Below are positions 49,827-58,583 of a stretch of DNA of 64,000 nucleotides, one piece after another. This DNA comes from Nitrospirota bacterium (GTDB taxonomy: Bacteria; Nitrospirota; UBA9217). The translations under genes were made by a program, and so were the position numbers. The notes beneath the pieces were generated by a model. The model did no database searches, was not told the DNA's origin, and saw nothing but the letters and a program-made list of their open reading frames with translations. Each line of letters starts with the position of its first letter. The stretch's first letter is position 1. The DNA is taken from the NCBI GenBank assembly GCA_963754875.1, contig CAVWHO010000001.1:1-64000 (forward strand). The letters are read 5' to 3'.

Positions 49827-50457
49827 TGAACTGAAACGCGACTACCGCTTGAAGAGGCCGCAGATCGTGAAGCGCCTTGCCGAGTTTAGGAAAAGGTATA
49901 CAAAAGGCGACCGCGCGATCTTCGAAGAGCTCTGTTACTGTATCGTGACTGCCGGCAGCAGTGCGAAGATGGGCATGAAGACGGTGGAAGCGCTTCAAGA
50001 TATTTTGCATTCGGGAAGCGAGCGGGAGCTTCGAAAGCGAGCACAGGCGCACCGTGTGAGGTTCTGGCGCGTCCGGACTTCCTACATCTATCACACCCGC
50101 GAATATTTGCGCGATGCCTGCGGCCTCAAGCTCCGCCGGCTGCTTGAGTCCTTCGACTGCCGGGACGCCCGCCGAGATTTTTTCGCACAGAACAAATCCG
50201 TCAAAGGCCTGGGGTATAAAGAAACGAGCCACTTCCTCCGGAACATCGGTTTTCCCGGATATGCTATCCTTGATAAACACATCATGAACAGCCTCCGCGA
50301 AATGGGTGTGATCAGTAAAAGCATGCGCCAGACGACGCGGACCGGATACCTGGAAATCGAGAAACGGCTTGAACAGTTTGCTCATGAGATCGGAATCGAT
50401 ATGGACCATCTCGACCTGCTCCTGTGGTCGCGAAAGACGGGAGAAATATTGAAATAA
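49804..50457 (+). CDS. 8-oxoguanine N-glycosylase/DNA lyase, OGG2 type
   Basis: FEELCYCI, HhH VKGLGYKETSHFLRNIG, AILDKH, C-terminal LDLLLW..TGEILK. Confidence 0.85.
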   Translation: MPGKELIDELKRDYRLKRPQIVKRLAEFRKRYTKGDRAIFEELCYCIVTAGSSAKMGMKTVEALQDILHSGSERELRKRAQAHRVRFWRVRTSYIYHTREYLRDACGLKLRRLLESFDCRDARRDFFAQNKSVKGLGYKETSHFLRNIGFPGYAILDKHIMNSLREMGVISKSMRQTTRTGYLEIEKRLEQFAHEIGIDMDHLDLLLWSRKTGEILK

Positions 50458-51355
50458 CAGCGGACGGCAGGCAAGCAGGGTGCTCCAGAAGTGGTGCGGG
50501 ATTGCATTATCCTTGCGAAAGCTCTTGGGTATTTGAAAGCATGTGTCGTGATTTTAAATGAGCGCATGGAAGTAGAATGGTGCAAGAACCAGCATTTATG
50601 TTTACGTGTATTGTAAACGCTTTTAATGACCGGCCGTAACATCAGTGAATATCCTCCTCTCCCTGGACAACGAATAGAAGCAATTATACATTTCCTGTAT
50701 CCTTTAAAGTTTCCATTTCTCTAAACTGATAAAGCTGCCATTATCGACACCATCTACCCCACAAAAAATTTAACATCTTTGACCTCACCGGGGATCGCGC
50801 GGCAACTCCAGCTGTAATCGATTTCATCGATAAGCCCCTAACAATATTGATTATTCCATGGCCGCGCCTCCTTTGCAACATGTGCAATCCCCCCAAAAAG
50901 TCACCCAAAAAAGCCATAAAAAAAGCAAATCTTAACTTGACGTACGCATCGAAAAATGATAAATAATCCCCACACTATTCAAGTCCCTTCCTTCTACTAG
51001 AGGTAATCATCTTCCTTGTTTGCGAAGGTCATCCAGATAGATGGACGCACCAGGGAACGACGTCATATGTTCCCGTCGACAGCGGCAGATCATCTCCGTG
51101 AAGTTGAACGCGCACATTGCTGAAAAATTTTTTGTCTTGACTTGAACAAATAAAGTCTTTTTTGCCGTACCTCCAACCTTGAAGAGTAGAGTCGCAACAT
51201 TCGCAAAGTAATCAATGGGAAGCACGAATCAAGCAGGGGAAGGTGTGGACGCCGTCTCTGTATTGATGGCTCCTGCCCTGCCGTTTCTTTGATACAACTT
51301 ACAAAATCAACCTAAATACGCCCGCCGGCAACAATGTGCGCAGAGGAGCAGCCCT

Positions 51356-52054
51356 ATGAGGAAACGGAGAGCCGTCGTTATCGATGACGAAGAGATTATT
51401 ATCCATCTGTTAAAGGATTTTTTTTCCACAAGGAATTATGAGGTGCTCTCTTATACGAGGCCTGTTGTTTGTCCGATTTCTGATGATAAAGGAAATCCCT
51501 GTAACACCGATTATCCTTGTGCTGACGTTGTCATCACGGACTTCAATATGCCCGACATGAACGGTCTTGAGCTGCTCCAGGAGCAATCGACGCACGGATG
51601 CAAGCTGATGAGGCAGAATAAGGCAGTGATGTCGGGGTATATTGATGAGGAGAGTCAGAAACAGATCAAACGACTGGGATACGCTTTCTTTCAAAAACCG
51701 ATAGAATTCGCTGATTTTTCAGCCTGGCTGGACGAGTGTGAAAAAAGGGTGGATCTTTCGAAGCCGTTAGGCTCTCGGAGAAAAGAAACACGGCGTGCAA
51801 CCCAGTACGAGGTGCGATGCCTGGTGGATCTTACGAACGAACTCGTGAACGGCTTGACCGTCAATATCAGCGACGGCGGTCTCTGCCTCAAGCTTGCAGC
51901 CCCTCTCGTGACAAAGCAGACAATACACCTCGATACGGTTCACCCTATTTTGGCATGCCGCACTGCATCGGTGCAGTGGGTGAGTAGGAATCAGGACGGC
52001 TCGTATCTGGCAGGTTTGTCTTGTCATCAGGATCACGCAGCGGCCCAACTTTAA
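51356..52054 (+). CDS. Receiver + PilZ domain protein
   Basis: IDDE, ITDFNMP, FQKP; PilZ RRKETR and NISDGG. Confidence 0.85.
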   Translation: MRKRRAVVIDDEEIIIHLLKDFFSTRNYEVLSYTRPVVCPISDDKGNPCNTDYPCADVVITDFNMPDMNGLELLQEQSTHGCKLMRQNKAVMSGYIDEESQKQIKRLGYAFFQKPIEFADFSAWLDECEKRVDLSKPLGSRRKETRRATQYEVRCLVDLTNELVNGLTVNISDGGLCLKLAAPLVTKQTIHLDTVHPILACRTASVQWVSRNQDGSYLAGLSCHQDHAAAQL

Positions 52055-52207
52055 ATGCTATGCGCAATTCTTTTAATTGCCCTCGTCACAATTGTGCTTG
52101 CAGCAACTGCCAAATGCAAATACTGTTCACTACAGTAATCAACTCAATATCATCACGCTATTTTTCGCATTTCGTTTTTTGCTTCCTACTGCCTACCGGG
52201 GGTGCTC

Positions 52208-52507
52208 ATGTCCGACAAGGGACTTAAAAAGGCGGTTCTCGTCGGCGCAGTGCTCGGCGCACTCATTACACTGGGCATCGCCCTGTCCATGGATCTGTTC
52301 TTTTCCGACTCCCTTCAGGGGACCTGGCGGGACGCTTCAGCGAAGGACGTGACCAAGATGTTCGGACCGGCATGCGGTCATAACGTTTTTGTCGTGTACC
52401 TGGTCCTCGTCATTGTGATGGGGTTCCTGGCGGGTTTCGGGGCGATGCTCGGCGCGGCCGCAGGCCTCATAATGAACCGGTTTTTTAAAATGGTGTTGAA
52501 ACTGTAG
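52208..52507 (+). CDS. Small hypothetical membrane protein
   Basis: Two hydrophobic helices; host-like codon usage. Confidence 0.65.
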   Translation: MSDKGLKKAVLVGAVLGALITLGIALSMDLFFSDSLQGTWRDASAKDVTKMFGPACGHNVFVVYLVLVIVMGFLAGFGAMLGAAAGLIMNRFFKMVLKL

Positions 52508-52523
52508 AACCTTAGAGGCGATT

Positions 52524-52600
52524 CACCTCCCCAACCCCTCCTTGGCAAGGAGGGGAGTAAGTAAGTTCCTCCCCTTATCAAGGGGAGGCCAGGTGGGGTG
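52524..52600. repeat. Double-hairpin palindromic element
   Basis: CCCCTCCTT-GGC-AAGGAGGGG and CCTCCCCTT-ATC-AAGGGGAGG inside outer CACC/GGTG arms. Confidence 0.75.
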
Positions 52601-52653
52601 CTTTCAGTTGGCGCGCTGAGCTATCAGGTTAGAAATTTGAAGGCAGGAAAATG

Positions 52654-52686
52654 AGAACGGATGAACTCTACAGGTTCATCCGTTCT
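52654..52686. terminator. Hairpin between convergent genes, probable terminator
   Basis: AGAACGGATGAAC-N7-GTTCATCCGTTCT (13-bp stem). Confidence 0.7.
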
Positions 52687-52702
52687 TTAATTATCGGAAG
52701 GT

Positions 52703-54457
52703 CTATTTATTCGGCAGCAGAGGGGAAAAGGGGTTGCGCGAGCGCAGGTCCTGCCGGACTTCCGAGAGCACCAGTTTCATGATGTTCGGCACTTTGAGCT
52801 TCCAACCCTTGACGGGCCAGTCGAGCTCATGCTTGCCGCACACGATATCGAGCGTATTCAGGCTGAAAATCTCTTTGCGCAGCTCGTCGTCAATATGTTC
52901 GGGATCGGTGATTTTTTCACTCAGGACGATCGCCCGCTCAAGATGATCCCGGAGCTTTAAGGCGGTCTGCTGGCTGACGGCCCCGTATTGTTCCTTGATC
53001 GCAAGAAGCTTTAAAGCCCCATCGTAGGTAGCCTTTACGATCTCATCCCTCGTCATCCACTTCGTTTCGTAGTTCAGCGAGAATTTCCAGCTCGGCTGGA
53101 GCATGGCTTGCCGGTGTTCTTTCAGGGTCTTCGCGAAAAAACGGTACCCGTATTTCTCCGGGTTCTCGAAAATAACGCTGCCGGGGTCGATGAAAGGCGC
53201 GAGCGGCGCGATCAGGGGAAGTACTTTTCCCCGGTTGCCGTTGCTGCCGAACTTCTCCAGGAGTTCTCCGCAGTAGGAGACGGTGTCCATGACCGACTGG
53301 TAGGTCTGGTTCGGCAGCCCCACCATGAAAAAGAGGTCGACCCGCTTGCACCCGACGTCGATGAGTGTCTCGATCATCCCCTCGAGGGCGTTGTTGTCGT
53401 AATCCTTTCCAAAGGTCTTGCGCACGTTGATATCGTGCGATTCCGGCGAAATTTCGACGTTGAACGTTTCGATGCAATCCGCCGCTTTTTTGAGGAACTC
53501 CGTCGTCGGCGGTCTGAAAAATTCGATACAGATCTCGTTCCTGATGCGGTGCTTCTTGACGGCCTCCAGGAACCGATCGCTGTACTCCCGCCCTGCCTGC
53601 AGCAGGTCCCCGAGGACGATCATCGGCGCCCCGGTGTAATCCGCTATCTTTCTGATGTCCTCGGCCATGAGTTCCGGTGAACGGAAACACGCATGGGACC
53701 GTTCGCATATTGTTTTAAACGCTGAAATCGACCCCCCGCAGGTGCCGCAGTTGTGGTTGCATCCGCGGACGGAAAAGATCGCGGTCACAGGGTAGCTGAG
53801 CCAGTACCTGAACGGTATGTATCCCGAGGGGTCCCGGTACTTGATCGCCATCTTGAGAAGATGGGCGTAATCGAAGTCCACGTAATCGAGGTTCTCCGGC
53901 TTGAACGAGCGTTCGTTTACCCTGACGCGGCCCTGTCCATCCCTCCATACGAGGTTCGGCACCTCTTCGAATCCGGAGCCGGCTCGTATCGCCTGCATCA
54001 GCAGCCTGAGCGGTTCTTCGGTGGATTCGCCGCAGACGATGAAATCCACAAAGGGATAGTCCCGCATGATCTCTTCGTGATAGTACGTCGCGCTGAGGCC
54101 GCCGAGGATGACCGGTTTTTCGGGATGATATTTTTTGACCATTTCCGCAAGGCTGAGGCTTCCATCTACGTGGGGCAGCCAGTGCAGGTCGATGCCGAAT
54201 GCCCCGGCGTCAAGGTTCTTGACGAAACGCTCAGCGTCGAAGGAGGGGGAGCGCAGCATCCTGAGGGCCATGTTGATGATCCGCACGGAGATGTTGTGCT
54301 TGGTCAGATAACTCGAAATGGTAAGAAACCCGATGGGATAGATTTCGAAGATCGACGAAGACGGCACGACGTCGCTCACCGGGCCGAAAAAGAGCGGCAA
54401 ATCGCGGAAACGGAAGACGCTCGGCGGGTGGAGCAGAAGCAGATCGGGCTTAGGCAT
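52703..54457 (-). CDS. B12-binding-domain radical SAM protein (TIGR04190-like)
   Basis: DLLLLHPPS, FEIYPIGF, GIDLHWLPH, LGGLSAT, RGCNHNCGTC (CxxxCxxC), ISPESHD, FFMVGLP. Confidence 0.85.
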   Translation of the reverse strand: MPKPDLLLLHPPSVFRFRDLPLFFGPVSDVVPSSSIFEIYPIGFLTISSYLTKHNISVRIINMALRMLRSPSFDAERFVKNLDAGAFGIDLHWLPHVDGSLSLAEMVKKYHPEKPVILGGLSATYYHEEIMRDYPFVDFIVCGESTEEPLRLLMQAIRAGSGFEEVPNLVWRDGQGRVRVNERSFKPENLDYVDFDYAHLLKMAIKYRDPSGYIPFRYWLSYPVTAIFSVRGCNHNCGTCGGSISAFKTICERSHACFRSPELMAEDIRKIADYTGAPMIVLGDLLQAGREYSDRFLEAVKKHRIRNEICIEFFRPPTTEFLKKAADCIETFNVEISPESHDINVRKTFGKDYDNNALEGMIETLIDVGCKRVDLFFMVGLPNQTYQSVMDTVSYCGELLEKFGSNGNRGKVLPLIAPLAPFIDPGSVIFENPEKYGYRFFAKTLKEHRQAMLQPSWKFSLNYETKWMTRDEIVKATYDGALKLLAIKEQYGAVSQQTALKLRDHLERAIVLSEKITDPEHIDDELRKEIFSLNTLDIVCGKHELDWPVKGWKLKVPNIMKLVLSEVRQDLRSRNPFSPLLPNK

Positions 54458-55097
54458 GGACGGTTTCATCTCCAAAAATTTTTCTGGTAAAGACGTCGGT
54501 CATGTCGTTCGTTATCTCCTCCATGGCCTGGTACATGACATCGGCGTAGGAGCCGATCGCTTTGTTCAAGGGGCCGAAGAGGCGTAGGGAATGGCTCAGT
54601 ATCCTTGTTTCCTCATTATAGAGGTGCAGGATGTCCACGAGGCGTTCTTTGAATTTCGTTCCCGTGTAGGCGTTTCTGGCGGCATCAACAAAAGACGCTT
54701 CCTCCGGCCAGTTCGACAGGAGAGCGTAGACGGTTTTGGAAATGAGCCAGATGCGCTGGATCCGGATGTCGGCGAAATCGCTGTAGCGCAGGTGGAAGGA
54801 TAGGGAAGGAATGATAAGATTATTCAGAAAGACCTTGTCCACTTGTTTCGTTTTCTCGAACATATCTTCCAGGTCCAGATCGCAAATGGGCCTCCCTGCT
54901 CTATATTCTCCTGCAGCCACCTCGATGATGAGCCGGTCTTTGTCGACCTCTTTTTTGACATTCGCATCCAGGTAGGCTGCGAAGAAGGGGAGGCCGGCGA
55001 GCAGCAGCGAGTGCCGGCCGGCGCGGCTGAGGCTCTGCCGGGAAAAACTTTCCATCATGTCCTTGTCTTTTTCGCACAGGATTGCAACCCTATCCAC
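54450..55097 (-). CDS. Hypothetical soluble protein, translationally coupled on both sides
   Basis: 215-aa ORF overlapping the methyltransferase stop and the radical SAM start by 8 bp each. Confidence 0.75.
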   Translation of the reverse strand: MDRVAILCEKDKDMMESFSRQSLSRAGRHSLLLAGLPFFAAYLDANVKKEVDKDRLIIEVAAGEYRAGRPICDLDLEDMFEKTKQVDKVFLNNLIIPSLSFHLRYSDFADIRIQRIWLISKTVYALLSNWPEEASFVDAARNAYTGTKFKERLVDILHLYNEETRILSHSLRLFGPLNKAIGSYADVMYQAMEEITNDMTDVFTRKIFGDETVHA

Positions 55098-55797
55098 GTT
55101 TCACCGCCGTATACAACGTTGCAATGCCGAACGTCATTGAATCAGCCCCTATGTTCTCGAAACCGCTTTTGTGAATCATGTCCTTGAATTCGTCGGGCGG
55201 ATAAAAGGAGTTAATGGAACGGGGCAAATAGAGGTAGGGCGCAGCGGTCTTAACGACCAATTTCCCGATCAACGGCATGATCTTAAAAACGTACCACTCG
55301 TAAAGGAAGCGGAACCAGCGGTACTGGGGCCGCGTCAGTTCGAGGCAAACGAATTTGCCACCCGGCCTAAGGACGCGATCTATTTCCCGCAGCGCCAGGG
55401 CCGTATCGGGGATGTTGCGCATGCCGAAGGAGACCGTAACCGCATCGAAGGTGTTGTCGCGGAAAGGAAGCCTCTTGGTATCGGACAGGATGAAAGAGAG
55501 GTTCGCATGATCCCCCCCCTTTTTGAGCCGCGCGCGATCGAGCATCTCTTCGCAGAAGTCGGACCCGGTGACCGAACCTCGCGGACCGACGCGGCGGGAG
55601 AGCAAAAAGGCAAGTTCGCCGGTCCCGCTGCAGACGTCGAGTACGCGCTCACCCTCGAGGATGCCTGAGCGCAGAACAGCCTCTCTGCGCCAGAAGCGGT
55701 CAAACCCGAAGCTGAAACTGCTGCTGAGGAAGTCGACGTAGGGGGCCACTGTCGTGAAGATATGTTTGATAAAGAGGTCACGCTGTTCTAATGACAT
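55090..55797 (-). CDS. UbiE/MenG-family quinone C-methyltransferase
   Basis: SFGFDRFWR, VLDVCSGTGE, LPFRDNTFDAVTVSFGMRN, RVLRPGG, YLPRSI, MTFGIA. Confidence 0.88.
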   Translation of the reverse strand: MSLEQRDLFIKHIFTTVAPYVDFLSSSFSFGFDRFWRREAVLRSGILEGERVLDVCSGTGELAFLLSRRVGPRGSVTGSDFCEEMLDRARLKKGGDHANLSFILSDTKRLPFRDNTFDAVTVSFGMRNIPDTALALREIDRVLRPGGKFVCLELTRPQYRWFRFLYEWYVFKIMPLIGKLVVKTAAPYLYLPRSINSFYPPDEFKDMIHKSGFENIGADSMTFGIATLYTAVKRG

Positions 55798-55800
55798 ATA

Positions 55801-56616
55801 TTAGTAGAGGAACTGTCCCACCACGATCAGAATGAGCAGGCCGAAGCCGACCAGGACCACGGCAAAGCCGAACAGGATGCCCGCATCGGTGATCCAAGTC
55901 TTTTGCGGCGCGACGAGGTATGCATCAAGCCGGTTCTCAGCCACAAGGCGCTGGTATTCGAGAGGGCGATCATGCTGCAGTTCATGGAGCGTAAGCCTCC
56001 CGGTGAAGATGACCGGATCCATGGGGAATTTTTCCGGCCGAAGGTGAGTATTGAAGTAATGGATCGTGAAGATGAAGCCGGCCGCGAGGAGCGCTTCATC
56101 GCTGTGAATGACCGTGGCAATGTTGAACGCCCATCCGGGCAGGAAGCGGCCGAAGAATTCAGGGAACCAGAGGAACAGGCCTGATACGCCGATCATGCCC
56201 ACGCCCCAGAACACCGCCCAGTAGTCGAACTTTTCCCAGTACGCGAAGCGGTCGAACTGCGGCCGGGGCCCCATGCCGAGGAACCAGCGGAAGCTCCCGA
56301 TGATGTCCTGAAGGTCCTTGAGCCAGGGCACCATGGATTCCGGCCCCACGATGTTGAACTTGAACTTCCGTACGATCGCGATATCGTAAATGACATACCC
56401 GATGTGGGCGGCGAAGTACCCAAAAGTGATGACGGCGCAAATCCGGTGAATGAGCCCGGCTGCATAATACCCGCCGAGGAGCCTCATGAGCCACGCGGCC
56501 CAGGGAGCGTTTGCATACTTGAGCGGCATGCCTGAGGCCACAAGACCGACGAAGCTCACGGCCATGGCGACATGGAGTACCCGGTGATAGGCGTTGAAGC
56601 GTTTTATCTCAGCCAC
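55801..56616 (-). CDS. Cytochrome b subunit (FdnI/HydC-like)
   Basis: HRVLH, IHRICA, WEKFDYWAVFWG, HSDEALLA..FTIHYFNTHLRP. Confidence 0.88.
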   Translation of the reverse strand: MAEIKRFNAYHRVLHVAMAVSFVGLVASGMPLKYANAPWAAWLMRLLGGYYAAGLIHRICAVITFGYFAAHIGYVIYDIAIVRKFKFNIVGPESMVPWLKDLQDIIGSFRWFLGMGPRPQFDRFAYWEKFDYWAVFWGVGMIGVSGLFLWFPEFFGRFLPGWAFNIATVIHSDEALLAAGFIFTIHYFNTHLRPEKFPMDPVIFTGRLTLHELQHDRPLEYQRLVAENRLDAYLVAPQKTWITDAGILFGFAVVLVGFGLLILIVVGQFLY

Positions 56617-56617
56617 G

Positions 56618-57601
56618 TTACTCGCCCCCTTTTTTGCTCATGCGCTCTTTCAGCGAGCGGTAGGCCCACAGGAACGTGTGGGTGAAAAAGAATGCGAAGG
56701 TGCCGAGCAGCAGCACGGTCATGCCGAGGAAGGTGTAGTACAGCACCGGGTATTTCGTACGGTCCTTTTCCTCGGCATGAGCATAGAATTTGGTGAAGCC
56801 CGACGTGGCCGCAGGATGGCATTTCTGGCAGGTCGTGAGGATATTTTTCTGCGAGAGCGTCGAATCCGGGTTGTCGATCCTTTGAATGCCGTGGGACCCG
56901 TGGCAATCCGAGCACTTTGCCACGGTGGCATAGCCGAGTTCCGTCACTTTGCCGTGGTACGTTTTGCGGTAGGTCTTTATTTCTTCGGAATGACAGTTCC
57001 CGCACTGTTTAATCAAAGACAGCTGCCACTGGTTGCTCGCCGTGGGAGGTGTCAGGTGCTCCAAATGGCACTGGAAGCAGGTAGGCGCTGCCGGGTTGTT
57101 GTCTTCCAGAAGCTGTCTACCGTGAATGCTGGTTTTATAGACCTCGAACTCCTGAGGATGACATTGGGAGCAGAGGGCCGGAATCTTCTGTCTGTTCGTG
57201 GCGGACCGGGTGTCAGCGGAGGGGTAGATATAGTGAGAGCCGTGACAGGTCTGGCACGTCGGCGCGCCGGCATTTCCCATTGCTTTGGCCTGGTTGTGCA
57301 CGCTCATCTTGAACTGCTGGGCCTGCTCTTTCGGGGCGCCTTCCGTGCCGATGAAATGGCAGGCCCCGCAGTTGACTTTCGAGACATTTGCGTGCGGATA
57401 TCCTGATATGTCGTAATGACATTTGGTACAAGCCAGATGGCCATGTGCGGATTGCTCGAACGCCGATCTGTCTATGTACCCCTTCATGCCCTTCTGGCCG
57501 TGACAATCATAACACATGTCTTTGGCAACAGCAGGCGAAGGGAACAGGAAGTATGAAACAACAAGGAGAAGTGTGAGGTGTTTCATGAGTGAGGGATTCA
57601 T
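56618..57601 (-). CDS. Membrane-anchored nine-heme cytochrome c
   Basis: Signal peptide, nine CxxCH motifs (CYDCH, CTKCH, CGACH, CQTCH, CSQCH, CFQCH, CGNCH, CSDCH, CQKCH), C-terminal TM. Confidence 0.93.
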   Translation of the reverse strand: MNPSLMKHLTLLLVVSYFLFPSPAVAKDMCYDCHGQKGMKGYIDRSAFEQSAHGHLACTKCHYDISGYPHANVSKVNCGACHFIGTEGAPKEQAQQFKMSVHNQAKAMGNAGAPTCQTCHGSHYIYPSADTRSATNRQKIPALCSQCHPQEFEVYKTSIHGRQLLEDNNPAAPTCFQCHLEHLTPPTASNQWQLSLIKQCGNCHSEEIKTYRKTYHGKVTELGYATVAKCSDCHGSHGIQRIDNPDSTLSQKNILTTCQKCHPAATSGFTKFYAHAEEKDRTKYPVLYYTFLGMTVLLLGTFAFFFTHTFLWAYRSLKERMSKKGGE

Positions 57602-58051
57602 GACTACATTCTAGCAAAGAATCACAGGCTGTCAAGGCGACCCCGGATTTTCGGAGAAATAAATTTCATTGCGATCGAAACGCGGCGCTTCTTCATGGCA
57701 GAATGACAGAAGAAGATTGATTGCAAAGGCATTTTTAAATAGTAAACGCTCCTGGCGTGAAAAGAGGAGGGATCAGGTTTCGGTTAAGCCCTTGTGGCCG
57801 AGCATAATGTTTCATTCTTCTTCATGAGGAACAGTTAAGGAGTTTATAATGTGCAGTCATGGAGATGTTTTTAGTCAGTTATAAATCAAAAAACTCCAAG
57901 CAGAATGTATAGAAAAAAATCGATTCTTTTTGACAGGATCACAGGGTTGACAGAAGTTTCAGGATGAAATGCTTTCATCGGCTTTTATCCTGCCCGTGGC
58001 CTGTGGGCTTGAACCTTTTAGTAAACATGCTGCTCTACGGTTAAACGATTC

Positions 58052-58087
58052 TTGACACTCCCACCGCTAAAGCATGTGGGTTTTCTC
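58052..58087 (-). mobile_element. Remnant resembling an IS200/IS605 right end
   Basis: Minus strand GAAAACCCACATGCTTTAGCGGTGGGAGTGTCAA: subterminal hairpin ending TCAA; no tnpA/tnpB nearby. Confidence 0.55.
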
Positions 58088-58242
58088 GCGCTGGTTTCCA
58101 TAAACTGAGAACGCATCGTAAGGCCTGGTTCAATCTGAAAGATTGAACCAGCGACAGAGTGAACGGCGGATTTTTCAACAGCCTGTTAGACGGAAAGTAT
58201 GCATGGTCATATCGATTTACGGTAAAATGCAAGGAGGAGGAA

Positions 58243-58578
58243 ATGATGCGAGATAAACCGAAAGAACCTTTTACCCCACGGGAAACACATGATACGATCA
58301 GGCAGGAGATCATTGCCGAGCTTCTCCAGGGCACGTGCTCTGCCAGAGATCTTTCCGCTGCGGCGAAGATCCCGGAACGCGAGGTATATACTCATCTCGA
58401 GCACATCCACAAGTCCCTTGCTTCGTCTGACCGGCATTTCATCATCACGCCTGCTGAGTGCAAAAAGTGCGGTTTTGTTTTTGCAAAACGGGAAAAGCTG
58501 AAGAGACCGGGAAAGTGCCCGGTGTGCAAAGGAGAATCAATCCGGGGACCTCTCTTTGCGATCGAGGACTCGCGTTAG
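58243..58578 (+). CDS. HTH + zinc-ribbon putative transcriptional regulator
   Basis: TIRQEII..L, SARDLS..EREVYTHLEHI, CKKCGF...CPVC; RBS AGGAGG. Confidence 0.85.
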   Translation: MMRDKPKEPFTPRETHDTIRQEIIAELLQGTCSARDLSAAAKIPEREVYTHLEHIHKSLASSDRHFIITPAECKKCGFVFAKREKLKRPGKCPVCKGESIRGPLFAIEDSR

Positions 58579-58583
58579 CGTGG

